From Flavobacteriales bacterium (GTDB lineage: Bacteria; Bacteroidota; Bacteroidia; Flavobacteriales; UBA1820), in assembly GCA_017620815.1 (NCBI GenBank), contig JAGAUI010000010.1:1944-65943 (forward strand): a stretch of DNA of 64,000 nt, given 5' to 3'. Position 1 is the first letter of the stretch. Every line of letters starts with the position of its first letter. Under the pieces are notes generated by a model that saw only the letters and a list, made by a program, of their open reading frames with translations, searched no databases and was not told where the DNA came from. Shown one piece after another: positions 44,455-53,627 of this stretch. Position numbers and translations under genes: made by a program.

Positions 44455-45267
44455 TTATTTACTTGTAGAAGGCAGAGTGTCATCACTGGTATAATTTCCG
44501 CGAGAGAGTATCATGTTAAGGCTTTCGTTGTAAAACCACACCAACGAAAACAGAAAAACTAGTGATATATACCACTCCATATAACGCGGGAAACGCCTGT
44601 GTTCATACCGACGGATGAGATGGAAATGATACACCGTAGATGCCGACATAAATACCGCCACCATAGCACTGAAAATTATCACATGACCTTGGTAGGAGTC
44701 ATAGTATAGCGGTATAACGTTCTTGTCATACACCCACGACAGCACCCTCATAGTAACAAATGACACAAAAAACCCCGCCAATGCTCCTATTATTATACTA
44801 CCCGTACGATGTATGGTAGATAGGACATAAAATCTCCTGAGAAGTATCATAACTATAAGCGTAACCATACTCACCACGATAGACACATTTACCATAGTGC
44901 TTATAACCCCACCTATGCCCGTTGTACCTAGTTCTCTCTCCACCCCACTACCCATAGCACCCATAGATGCTCCCAATATCACAGAAAACACCAGCGATAA
45001 TCCCCACGAAGCCTTAGGAAACACCATAGCAAATGCCACAGCGAGAGCTCCCGTTATAAAAAGCATCACCACCGCCTCTACAGGTATCTTTTCTGCCATT
45101 ATCCATGCCACCACCATGCTTATTACTACTATCATCATACAGAATAGTGTCTTGGCTAGGGTTGTATGTTCTCTCATACACCGCGATGGTTTTCCTTTGG
45201 ATGCTACATAAGACCATATACTATGGTGCATAGTAGGGTTTGAGGGGTAGTAAATAGGGCGTTTCAT
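44455..45267 (-). CDS. polytopic membrane protein (about 7 TM; possibly BAX-inhibitor/YccA-like)
   Basis: 270 aa with multiple hydrophobic segments. The family assignment is not secure. Confidence 0.55.
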   Translation of the reverse strand: MKRPIYYPSNPTMHHSIWSYVASKGKPSRCMREHTTLAKTLFCMMIVVISMVVAWIMAEKIPVEAVVMLFITGALAVAFAMVFPKASWGLSLVFSVILGASMGAMGSGVERELGTTGIGGVISTMVNVSIVVSMVTLIVMILLRRFYVLSTIHRTGSIIIGALAGFFVSFVTMRVLSWVYDKNVIPLYYDSYQGHVIIFSAMVAVFMSASTVYHFHLIRRYEHRRFPRYMEWYISLVFLFSLVWFYNESLNMILSRGNYTSDDTLPSTSK

Positions 45268-45357
45268 TTCAGGTTCTAGTGCTTTTTTGGCTATATGAAT
45301 ATAAGCATACTTTTTCTAATGAGCAATGTGATTATGGATATTGGCAGCAAAAAAAAA

Positions 45358-45376
45358 CGGCACCCTGCGGGTGCCG
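45358..45376. terminator. terminator (CGGCACCC-TGC-GGGTGCCG) after rubrerythrin
   Basis: It has the same core as 25109 and 43144, and is flanked by A9 and T8. Confidence 0.75.
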
Positions 45377-45405
45377 CTTTTTTTTGCTTACAGAGAGAGT
45401 AGCTA

Positions 45406-45981
45406 CTAGTAGTTATCTCTCTTTGGTTCAAAATATGCCTGTGGATGGATACAAGCAGGACAAGCCTTAGGAGCCGAAGTGCCTTTGTGTACATATCCAC
45501 AATTACGGCACTGCCATTCTATCTCTTCCTCACGTTCAAATACCTGTCCTTTTTCCACTCTATCCAAAAGACGCAAATAACGTTGTTCATGGAAAGCCTC
45601 TACTTCAGATATTTTTCTCCATGCAGTAGCTATGGCAGGGAAACCTTCAGAATCGGCAACTTTGGCAAATTCTGGATATAGTTCTGTCCACTCTTCGTTT
45701 TCACCTGCAGCGGCAGCACGTAGGTTTTCCATAGTATCTCCTATCACACCAGCAGGATATGCTGCTGTTATTTCCAGCATACCGCCTTCTAGGAATTTGA
45801 AGAAACGTTCTGCGTGTTCTTTTTCCTGTTCTGCTGTCTCTTCAAATACTGCAGCTATCTGTTCATAGCCTTCCTTGCGAGCTTTTGAAGCAAAAAATTT
45901 ATAACGTGAACGAGCCTGAGACTCACCTGCAAACGATTTTAGCAGATTTTTTTCTGTTTCTGTACCTTTAACGCTTTTCAT
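45406..45981 (-). CDS. rbr: rubrerythrin
   Basis: 191 aa. Diiron ferritin-like motifs 'FAGESQARSRY' and 'EEKEHAERF' are followed by a C-terminal rubredoxin 'CRNCGY...CPACIHP'. Confidence 0.95.
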   Translation of the reverse strand: MKSVKGTETEKNLLKSFAGESQARSRYKFFASKARKEGYEQIAAVFEETAEQEKEHAERFFKFLEGGMLEITAAYPAGVIGDTMENLRAAAAGENEEWTELYPEFAKVADSEGFPAIATAWRKISEVEAFHEQRYLRLLDRVEKGQVFEREEEIEWQCRNCGYVHKGTSAPKACPACIHPQAYFEPKRDNY

Positions 45982-46123
45982 AAGATTGATTTGAATTGAA
46001 TGTTTTTACTTTATTTCTTCGCAAATCTATGCAAAATTTTCAGAAAATAAATCTTCACACAAAAAAAAATAAATTTTAATTCTTTTTCACTCTATCCTAT
46101 ATTGTCATATAGAGTATTTTGCA

Positions 46124-46131
46124 TACTTTTG
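46124..46131 (+). promoter_or_regulatory. candidate -7 promoter box (TACTTTTG)
   Basis: TAnnTTTG lies 30 nt upstream of the ATG at 46161. An ACTCTAT/ATAGAGT inverted repeat (46089-46115) sits just upstream. Confidence 0.3.
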
Positions 46132-46160
46132 AGCCATAGAAACCACAAACTATTTACACA

Positions 46161-46796
46161 ATGAAAAAGATACTTACATTACTCTTTACCATAGTAGCTA
46201 TAATCACTCTCTCTGCCCAATCCAACACCAAACATTTGGCATTTCCACATTTTGTAGAGGGAGTCGTTTATTTTAAGGACGGCGGACGTCTAGATGCCAA
46301 ACTTAATTATAGTCTTATATGGGACAAACTTCTCTTTATGGAAAACGGAGAGATTATGCGAGTAAACAATGCCGAAAAAATATCCCATGCCGTACTAGGT
46401 GGTCAAGTTTTTATCCCTGTAGGCGAAGTTTTCTACCAAGTCATCCGCGAGGGAGACGATGGTCTATATTACCAATACCACGGCAAACTAATCCCAGCTG
46501 GAGCTCCTTCACTCTATGGCACTACATCACAGACATCTGGAGCTTTGTCATTGGCTGAAATAGGAGTCGTTGCCACCAAACTTGAAATGCCTGCCGACTA
46601 CAAAGTACAAGTAGAAAACAAATACATGTGGTATCGCAATGGCAAATACACTCCTTTTACCTCCGTAAAAGAGATATGCAACGCCTTCCCCGGTCATGAC
46701 AAGGAAATAAAAGCCTTTATCAAGGATAATAAAATACGCCTACGTAGCCATCAGGAATACCTAGATGTACTTGATTTCTGTGTAAGCATAAGATAA
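46161..46796 (+). CDS. secreted hypothetical protein
   Basis: 211 aa with the signal peptide 'MKKILTLLFTIVAIITLSAQS'. No motif. Confidence 0.55.
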   Translation: MKKILTLLFTIVAIITLSAQSNTKHLAFPHFVEGVVYFKDGGRLDAKLNYSLIWDKLLFMENGEIMRVNNAEKISHAVLGGQVFIPVGEVFYQVIREGDDGLYYQYHGKLIPAGAPSLYGTTSQTSGALSLAEIGVVATKLEMPADYKVQVENKYMWYRNGKYTPFTSVKEICNAFPGHDKEIKAFIKDNKIRLRSHQEYLDVLDFCVSIR

Positions 46797-46867
46797 ACTG
46801 ACATTTTGTCATATTTATATAGGGTTAATTCGTATATTTGCATACGGATTAACCCTATATAATTTCT

Positions 46868-48118
46868 ATGAACACGACACAGGAGATAAAACAGAGATTT
46901 GGCATAATAGGCACTCACCCATCACTGGACAGGGCGATAGAAAAGGCAGCGATAGTCGCCTCTACCGATATTTCTGTCTTGGTGAGTGGTGAGAGTGGTG
47001 TAGGTAAGGAGAACATACCTCGTATCATACACATGCTATCGGCTCGTAAACACCGCCCATACATAGCTGTAAACTGCGGTGCCATACCCGAAGGCACCAT
47101 AGAAAGTGAACTCTTTGGCCATGAGAAAGGAGCATTTACAGGAGCTACAGGCTCCCGCAAAGGATATTTTGAAGTAGCCGATGGAGGTACTATTTTCCTA
47201 GACGAGATAGGTGAACTCCCACTAATGACACAGGTACGTCTTTTACGCGTACTAGAGACTGGCGAATTTATGAAAGTAGGCTCTTCGATAGTGCAGAAGA
47301 CAGACGTAAGAGTTGTAGCCGCAACCAACCGCGATATGACACGAGCCATACACGAAGGCCACTTCCGCGAAGACCTTTATTATCGTCTCAATACGGTAGA
47401 GATACATCTGCCTCCTCTACGCAACCGTAAGGAAGACATACCTCTACTATTCCGCCGTTTTGCAGCCGATTTTGCAGAAAGATATAAAATGCCACCTGTA
47501 CGTCTTTCAGAAGACGCAATAGAACTCATCAAGTCATATCATTGGCCGGGAAATGTACGTCAGTTGCGTAACTTCACCGAAGAAGTTTCCATCATGGAGT
47601 CAAACAAATACATTGACGCCCAAGCTCTAGCTGCCTACCTTCCACAACCCTATGAACATAATACGTTTTTACCATCTGCCATTTCACGCAGCAGAGTAGA
47701 TGCAGACTATGATATAGACCTTATCAAGCACCAGATAAATGACCTAAGAGGAGAGATTAACGACATCAAACGTCTGTTATCTACACTCATGGGAGCCACT
47801 CCTCCAGACGTTTTCCAGAAAGCCATCATGGGAGGTATCCATAGAGCAGCTCTTCCTGCTTACATAGATGAGGATTCCGCCACAGAACTAGAAGAGGACT
47901 CATATGACATCTCCAGCGAGAAGACCTTCATAGATATTCCTCACGAGGAAACAAGCATAGAAGATGATGCTCCGCTACGTCTTGAAAAGAATGAGATACA
48001 GATGATACGTCTTGCTCTGGAGAAATACCGCGGTCGCCGCAAGGAAGCAGCCCGTGAACTAGGAATATCTGAACGTACTCTATACCGCAAGATTAAACAG
48101 TATGACCTAGACAAATAA
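46868..48118 (+). CDS. sigma-54-dependent transcriptional activator (AAA+ and Fis-type HTH, no receiver or sensor domain)
   Basis: 416 aa. 'LVSGESGVGKE', 'GAFTGA' (GAFTGA loop), 'GGTIFLDEIGE', 'RVVAATNRD', 'FREDLYYRLN' and the C-terminal 'AARELGISERTLYRKIKQY' are present. The AAA+ domain begins within about 10 residues of the N-terminus. Confidence 0.9.
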   Translation: MNTTQEIKQRFGIIGTHPSLDRAIEKAAIVASTDISVLVSGESGVGKENIPRIIHMLSARKHRPYIAVNCGAIPEGTIESELFGHEKGAFTGATGSRKGYFEVADGGTIFLDEIGELPLMTQVRLLRVLETGEFMKVGSSIVQKTDVRVVAATNRDMTRAIHEGHFREDLYYRLNTVEIHLPPLRNRKEDIPLLFRRFAADFAERYKMPPVRLSEDAIELIKSYHWPGNVRQLRNFTEEVSIMESNKYIDAQALAAYLPQPYEHNTFLPSAISRSRVDADYDIDLIKHQINDLRGEINDIKRLLSTLMGATPPDVFQKAIMGGIHRAALPAYIDEDSATELEEDSYDISSEKTFIDIPHEETSIEDDAPLRLEKNEIQMIRLALEKYRGRRKEAARELGISERTLYRKIKQYDLDK

Positions 48119-48123
48119 ATGCC

Positions 48124-48597
48124 ATGAAGATAAAACTCATAGCGGTAGGTAAGACAGACTCATCGGCCATAGAAGGCTTGTATAACGAATACATAAAACG
48201 CCTATCCCGCATGGCCGATTTTTCACTGGAGATTATTCCAGATGTAAAAAACGCCAAAAACCTATCCCAAGAGGAACAAAAGACTCGCGAAGGAGATGCT
48301 ATACTATCATCTGTAAATGGAGCAGATGTGGTCATACTTCTAGATGAAAAAGGACGTGAATACACATCGGTAGAGTTTGCGGGATACTTACAGAAACATA
48401 TGAACAGCGGGATACGCACATTGTGTTTTGTCATAGGAGGCCCATACGGTTTTTCTAGTGCGGTGTACAACCGTTCCAATGGCAAGATAAGTCTATCTCG
48501 CATGACGTTCTCCCACCAGATGATACGTCTGTTTTTCATAGAACAGATATATAGAGCCCATACCATAATAGCTGGGCTACCATACCACCACGATTAA
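48124..48597 (+). CDS. rlmH: 23S rRNA (pseudouridine1915-N3)-methyltransferase
   Basis: 157 aa. 'MKIKLIAVGK', 'VILLDEKGRE.TS.EFA', 'FVIGGPYGF' and 'LSLSRMTFSHQM.R..F.EQIYRA' are RlmH (SPOUT) signatures. Confidence 0.9.
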   Translation: MKIKLIAVGKTDSSAIEGLYNEYIKRLSRMADFSLEIIPDVKNAKNLSQEEQKTREGDAILSSVNGADVVILLDEKGREYTSVEFAGYLQKHMNSGIRTLCFVIGGPYGFSSAVYNRSNGKISLSRMTFSHQMIRLFFIEQIYRAHTIIAGLPYHHD

Positions 48598-48620
48598 AAA
48601 AACAATAAATCCACATAGTT

Positions 48621-49586
48621 ATGTATAGAACACTCATTATCATCACTCTTGCTCTATGCGTGAGCTCCTGTGTAAGCAAAAAAGTATATACCGACCTCCA
48701 GTCCCGTTATACAGCGGCACTAGATGAAAATGAACGACTTTCTAGAGAAAACCAAGAAAACAAATCGTCTTCTGCTCGTTACAAAAACCTTCTAGAGAGT
48801 GCCAATTCTCAACTTGCAGACCTCCGCAAGCAGTATGACGAAAAACAGCAGTCATACCTTTCCCTTAAAAACCAATTCAACGCTCTCCAATCCTCATACC
48901 TCGAAGCCCTTAAAAACAAAGAAAACCTTATGGACGCTTCCTCTCGTATGAGTCGTGAATATGCCGATAATCTACGCCGTCAGCAGAGTGCGATAGATTC
49001 TCTTTCGGCAGAACTTACAGAAAGAGAAAAAGATTTACGCTCTCGTGAGGCTCGTGTGGCACAGCTAGAGAATATGATAGGAGGGGTACAAGCCAAACTC
49101 GCTTCGCTTAAAAACGAACTCATGAAAGCTCTCGTGGGATATGAAGGTAAAGGACTAACGATAACACAACGCAACGGCAAGATTTATATTTCGCTTGAAA
49201 ATAGACTGCTATTCCCATCGGGTAGTTGGCAGGTGAATAGCGAAGGTCGCCGTGCGATAGATGAAATATCCCAAGTACTGGTTTCTCGTCCCGATATCAA
49301 GATAATGGTAGAAGGTCATACAGATGACGTACCATATAAAACCGGTGCTGTTATAAAAGACAACTGGGATTTAAGTGTGATGCGTGCCACTTCCATAGTA
49401 CGTCTTATCACTGCCCACAAGGGTATCAACCCACAGAATATCACCGCCGCAGGTCGTAGTCAATATGAACCTCTACTGCCCAACACCAACGCCGATAACC
49501 GCTCCCGCAACCGCCGTACCGAGGTCATCATCACACCAGACCTTGCATCTATAGAACGTATGTTACAAGATATAAGCATAGATTAA
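48621..49586 (+). CDS. OmpA-family lipoprotein with long coiled-coil N-terminal region
   Basis: The lipobox is 'CVSSCVS'. An approximately 150-aa coiled-coil-like segment precedes the C-terminal OmpA-like 'EGHTDDVPY...WDLSVMRATSIVRL...NRSRNRRTEVII'. Confidence 0.85.
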   Translation: MYRTLIIITLALCVSSCVSKKVYTDLQSRYTAALDENERLSRENQENKSSSARYKNLLESANSQLADLRKQYDEKQQSYLSLKNQFNALQSSYLEALKNKENLMDASSRMSREYADNLRRQQSAIDSLSAELTEREKDLRSREARVAQLENMIGGVQAKLASLKNELMKALVGYEGKGLTITQRNGKIYISLENRLLFPSGSWQVNSEGRRAIDEISQVLVSRPDIKIMVEGHTDDVPYKTGAVIKDNWDLSVMRATSIVRLITAHKGINPQNITAAGRSQYEPLLPNTNADNRSRNRRTEVIITPDLASIERMLQDISID

Positions 49587-49612
49587 AATATTTTCTTTAT
49601 TACATCAAAAAC

Positions 49613-49634
49613 GGGCAGCCTGCGAGGGCTGCCC
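49613..49634 (+). terminator. intrinsic terminator (GGGCAGCC-TGCGAG-GGCTGCCC)
   Basis: An 8-bp stem followed by TGTTTTT. Confidence 0.65.
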
Positions 49635-49769
49635 TGTTTTTATATGTGTAAATTCTTTAATATTTAACCACTGTACACATAATTTTTATTTGCATATATT
49701 ACAAATTGTAGCTTTATTTGCACAGCAAAAACAATTACTGTTTTTTTTCATTTGTAATTTGTGTTAAAA

Positions 49770-51242
49770 ATGCTTTATTTTAGAAAAAATTTTCTATTTT
49801 TGTTGCCTGTAGCAATTATAACTGCTATGGTAGCCTGCTCTAGGGACTCTTCTTTCTTTAAAGAAAGAACAGATGACGACCCTCAGTTAATCTCTGTGCA
49901 GATGGCTGTCATAAAAGCCAAAGCATGGCACGGGACAGAATATCCCGAAGCTAGTTATGACGTATTATGGGATGAAGCAATTATTCATCGCAGTGATACG
50001 GCATATTATGTCGAAGCACCTATAAGAGGAATAACTCCTCCTTATTTGGTAGCAAGAAGTGTATGTAAAGAACCTCTGCGTATAGTGTTCAAGGTAAAAG
50101 GCAGACACCACGAAGTTCGCCTTATGCATATATGGCCAGATAGGGAAATGCCAAATGCTAGCGAACTCACATATGCAGATGTAGGAGAATACAACGGCAG
50201 TATCAGCTATTTTCATGCCGATATGACTCCTACATACACACTGGTCTTTGAAAAAGGGAAACGCAAGTATTCTTGTTTATATAAAATAAAACCAAAGAAT
50301 ACAATCCCTCCATCAGGACTTATGCAAGTGGTAATGTTTTCTCGTGTAATATCGATAGACGATTGTTTCACAGAAGAAGAGGCAAAAAAAGCAATGGAAG
50401 ATGACTTTTCTCGTGTCTTTTATCTATCGGAAGAGCTCACACAAGCATGGGGACAAAAATGTTATCTAGAGGGCGACGGTCTTGATGATGTAATCATTAC
50501 CCCTCCCGGCGGAGGCAATCAACCTCCTGGTGGTAACTGGCCGGGAGATGATGAGGGGGATGATGATGAGTACCCTCCCCTGCCTGGAACAGGCAATGAT
50601 GGTTTTGAAGACACATTACCATCGTGGGGAGAAGGCACCGGAGGTGGTGGTTTGGAAATACCAGACTATCCTTGTATGGATTTAGAAAAAGGTTTATCAA
50701 ATCCTTTAAAAAATATGCAGATTTTAGGTTCAAAAAATAATGGAATACCTGGTGGAGATTACGGAAATGGACGAGGCAGAATGCACCATGGTATTGATTT
50801 GGCGGGATCTATAGGAACACCTGTATTTTCTATGTTTGATGGCACTGTAGTAAAAGCCGTTAATTATTTTGATCCAAACATAGAATATGCAGATTATATG
50901 GATCTAGGAAATGACAACATGAAAGCTGCTGTAACTAACCACGATGCTGCCGCAGGCAACAGAATCAACATTAGATGCACTGTTAAAGGAAGAGTAATTA
51001 TAATTAAATATTTCCATTTGAATAATTTAGCTAAAAATTTTAATATTGGGGATAATATCTACGCTGGTGAACAAATCGGCACAATTGGAAATACAGGAAG
51101 TGCCTCATCAACACAATCTTCAGGAGCTCATCTTCATTTAGAAATAAGAGATCCTTCAACAAACAACTCTATTGATCCTAAAAACTATTTCTATTCTCCA
51201 TTAGATCCAGAAACAGGAAAAAGTACAAAAGAGTGTAACTAA
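49770..51242 (+). CDS. M23 (LytM/lysostaphin-type) peptidase lipoprotein with unknown N-terminal domain and Gly/Pro/Asp-rich linker
   Basis: The lipobox is 'AMVACS'. The linker reads 'PPGGGNQPPGGNWPGDDEGDDDEYPPLPGTG'. The C-terminal 'HHGIDLAG' and 'GAHLHLEIRD' are M23 zinc ligand motifs. The track starts at a GTG at 49761; I prefer the in-frame ATG at 49770. Confidence 0.85.
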   Translation: MLYFRKNFLFLLPVAIITAMVACSRDSSFFKERTDDDPQLISVQMAVIKAKAWHGTEYPEASYDVLWDEAIIHRSDTAYYVEAPIRGITPPYLVARSVCKEPLRIVFKVKGRHHEVRLMHIWPDREMPNASELTYADVGEYNGSISYFHADMTPTYTLVFEKGKRKYSCLYKIKPKNTIPPSGLMQVVMFSRVISIDDCFTEEEAKKAMEDDFSRVFYLSEELTQAWGQKCYLEGDGLDDVIITPPGGGNQPPGGNWPGDDEGDDDEYPPLPGTGNDGFEDTLPSWGEGTGGGGLEIPDYPCMDLEKGLSNPLKNMQILGSKNNGIPGGDYGNGRGRMHHGIDLAGSIGTPVFSMFDGTVVKAVNYFDPNIEYADYMDLGNDNMKAAVTNHDAAAGNRINIRCTVKGRVIIIKYFHLNNLAKNFNIGDNIYAGEQIGTIGNTGSASSTQSSGAHLHLEIRDPSTNNSIDPKNYFYSPLDPETGKSTKECN

Positions 51243-51255
51243 ATTTTTTTTAACA

Positions 51256-51699
51256 ATGGAAAAGTTCAACATTAAATCTCTAATAATTGTAGCATTTATC
51301 TTTATCACATTTAATGTTTACAGCCAGTCCTATAATATAGGAGGTATTACAATAAACACATCATACACACATAACTCCATAATAGAGACATTGGGTGTTC
51401 CATCATCATGCGACAGCCTTATGACAGACAGCTATGGAGATGTCAAGACCTATCACTATGGTGATGATAGTTTTACATTTGCATTAGAAGATGGGACGAT
51501 GGTGGGTTGTCTTATCACAAGCACAGCTTTTAAGCTTAACGGCATAGCAGGTGTGGGTGACAACATATCTGCATTGAGTTCTACGACAGCCGTTAAAGGC
51601 AACGGGGACTACTATGCGATAGAAAGCGACACACACATTATCACCATCTATTATGAAAATGACATCATAACCAAACTAACCGTTAGTGCCAAATTATAA
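51256..51699 (+). CDS. small secreted hypothetical protein
   Basis: 147 aa with a signal peptide 'LIIVAFIFITFNVYSQS'. It starts 13 nt after the M23 gene. Confidence 0.5.
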   Translation: MEKFNIKSLIIVAFIFITFNVYSQSYNIGGITINTSYTHNSIIETLGVPSSCDSLMTDSYGDVKTYHYGDDSFTFALEDGTMVGCLITSTAFKLNGIAGVGDNISALSSTTAVKGNGDYYAIESDTHIITIYYENDIITKLTVSAKL

Positions 51700-51720
51700 A
51701 CATACTATCATTTAAAAAGT

Positions 51721-51748
51721 AAATCCCGCCCCTTTCGGGGCGGGATTT
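51721..51748. terminator. bidirectional terminator
   Basis: A 12-bp stem, AAATCCCGCCCC/GGGGCGGGATTT, with loop TTTC, between convergent genes. Confidence 0.75.
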
Positions 51749-51771
51749 ACTTTTTAAATTCCACCTTAATT

Positions 51772-53070
51772 TTATTTATTTCTCTCCAAAAATTCGGCAA
51801 CAGCACTATGACTCACAGTGCGGTCCTTAAAAAATTCTTTGGCAGCGGTTATCTGGTCATCATTAGCACCCAATGATAGCAGTATATTATTAAGGTGCAT
51901 CTTCATATGCCCACGCTGTATCCCCGAAGTAACGAGCGAAGATACCGCCCCGAAATTCTGTGCCAATCCTACGGCTGCTGTTATCATCATCAGTTCGCTG
52001 GCAGATGGATGCCCCATTATATCCATAGACAATCCCGCCAGCGGATGAAGACGTGTAAGACCTCCTACCGTACCCAGTGCTAGAGGTATATCCATCCAAA
52101 AACAGAACACACCCTCTTTTATATAGGCATGGGAAAGAGAGGAATACCTTCCCTCACGAGCCGCATAAGCATGAGCACAAGCCTCCACCGCACGGAAGTC
52201 ATTACCTGTGGCTAGCACTACCGCATCTACTCCATTCATTATGCCTTTGTTGTGGGTTACGGCACGCTCCACACATAGTTCGGCCATTTTTACAGCCCTT
52301 ACAAAACGTTCGGCAAATGTTTTTCCATCCATACCAGCATATGCCATATCCTCTACCCTAGCTTCTACCTCCACATGTGCTACACAGGCAGGAGTATAGT
52401 TGGAGAGAATGCACATTATCACCTCCAACTCTCCCGATACTTCTTGCTCCTTGAAAAGACGTTTCATCTCCCCAGCTATACATTCTAGGGTACTATTTAT
52501 AAAATTGGCACCCATACTATCCATCGTAATAGCAGATATATCCACTTGGAAATAATCGTCTTCTACATGAGTGAGGTCTTTAAGCATAAACGAACTAATA
52601 CCTCCCCCACGAGCAGTCATTTTTTCTGTGATAGGACGTGCAGCATTAAGAAGAGCCTCCCTATTGCTTTCAAAAAACTCAACAAATACACTTTTATCTC
52701 CACGATAATACAGATGTATCTGTCCTTTTTTCTCCATACCATCTACCCTAGCCTTAAAGCCCCCTCTTTCTGCCCAGAAAGCAGCAGCCTTGCTGGCGGC
52801 AGCCACCACGCTACTCTCCTCTATGACCATTGGTACGGCATATAGACGGCCGTTTACCATTACATTTGGAGCTATGCCATAAGGCAGGAAATAGTTGGAC
52901 AGTGTATTTTCTGCAAAACCATCGTGTACTTTCTGAACTGCTGCATCGTGATGTATATAGCTATTAAGCAGAGCTGTGGATTTAGCAGCATCGGCTGTAA
53001 ACATAGATGTTATACGGTCTATTTTTTCCTCTTTATCTAGGCGAGAGAAGCCTTTTATGATATTCTGCAT
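51772..53070 (-). CDS. hydroxymethylglutaryl-CoA reductase (class II, NAD(P)-dependent)
   Basis: 432 aa. 'ENTLSNYFLPYGIAPNVMVNG', 'VPMVIEESSVVAAAS', 'DSMGANFIN', 'THNKGIMNGVDAVVLATGND' and 'GTVGG' are collinear with class II HMGR. Confidence 0.88.
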   Translation of the reverse strand: MQNIIKGFSRLDKEEKIDRITSMFTADAAKSTALLNSYIHHDAAVQKVHDGFAENTLSNYFLPYGIAPNVMVNGRLYAVPMVIEESSVVAAASKAAAFWAERGGFKARVDGMEKKGQIHLYYRGDKSVFVEFFESNREALLNAARPITEKMTARGGGISSFMLKDLTHVEDDYFQVDISAITMDSMGANFINSTLECIAGEMKRLFKEQEVSGELEVIMCILSNYTPACVAHVEVEARVEDMAYAGMDGKTFAERFVRAVKMAELCVERAVTHNKGIMNGVDAVVLATGNDFRAVEACAHAYAAREGRYSSLSHAYIKEGVFCFWMDIPLALGTVGGLTRLHPLAGLSMDIMGHPSASELMMITAAVGLAQNFGAVSSLVTSGIQRGHMKMHLNNILLSLGANDDQITAAKEFFKDRTVSHSAVAEFLERNK

Positions 53071-53280
53071 ATTACTTATAGCAATTATTTTAAGGCAAAG
53101 ATATGTTTTTTCTCTCTAAAAACGTCATAAAACCTTATCAAACATCATTTTACACCTTCAAAAGATACTTGAATAAAAATTTATGTTAATATGAGAATTT
53201 GGGTTTTATCTATTAAGCAGAAAATCATATATTTGCAAGTCCAAAAAAAGCATATAACTTTAATATAAATATAAATCAAA

Positions 53281-53562
53281 ATGACAAAAGCAGACATCGT
53301 AGCTAAAATTTCAGAAGCCAAAGGCGTAGAGAAAGCCGAAGTACAGACAGTAGTAGAAGCTTTCATGCAGGAAGTAAAAAATGCATTGGAAGAAGGAAAC
53401 AATGTATATCTACGTGGCTTTGGTAGCTTCATCATTAAACACCGTGCCGAAAAAACAGGTCGTAACATTTCCAAAAAGACCACTATCAAAATCCCTGCAC
53501 ACAACATCCCAGCATTCAAACCTTCAAAGGTTTTTGTAGAAGCAGTAAAAGCAGGCAAATAA
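53281..53562 (+). CDS. hup: HU-family nucleoid DNA-binding protein
   Basis: 93 aa. 'MTKADIVAKISE', 'LRGFGSFIIKHRAEKTGRNISKKTTIKIPAHNIPAFKPSK' is the canonical HU arm. Confidence 0.95.
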   Translation: MTKADIVAKISEAKGVEKAEVQTVVEAFMQEVKNALEEGNNVYLRGFGSFIIKHRAEKTGRNISKKTTIKIPAHNIPAFKPSKVFVEAVKAGK

Positions 53563-53627
53563 TAAAGGATAGTGTAGAGTAGAAATCTACGAGAAAATAT
53601 ATTTATTAACCTTAAAACTTCATAGCC

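Noticed and set aside
49640-49760. Repeated TTATTTGCA motifs upstream of the M23 gene as promoter boxes
   Set aside because: They do not fit the 8-nt TAnnTTTG consensus, being one T short, and the region is generally AT-rich. I did not report them as a promoter.
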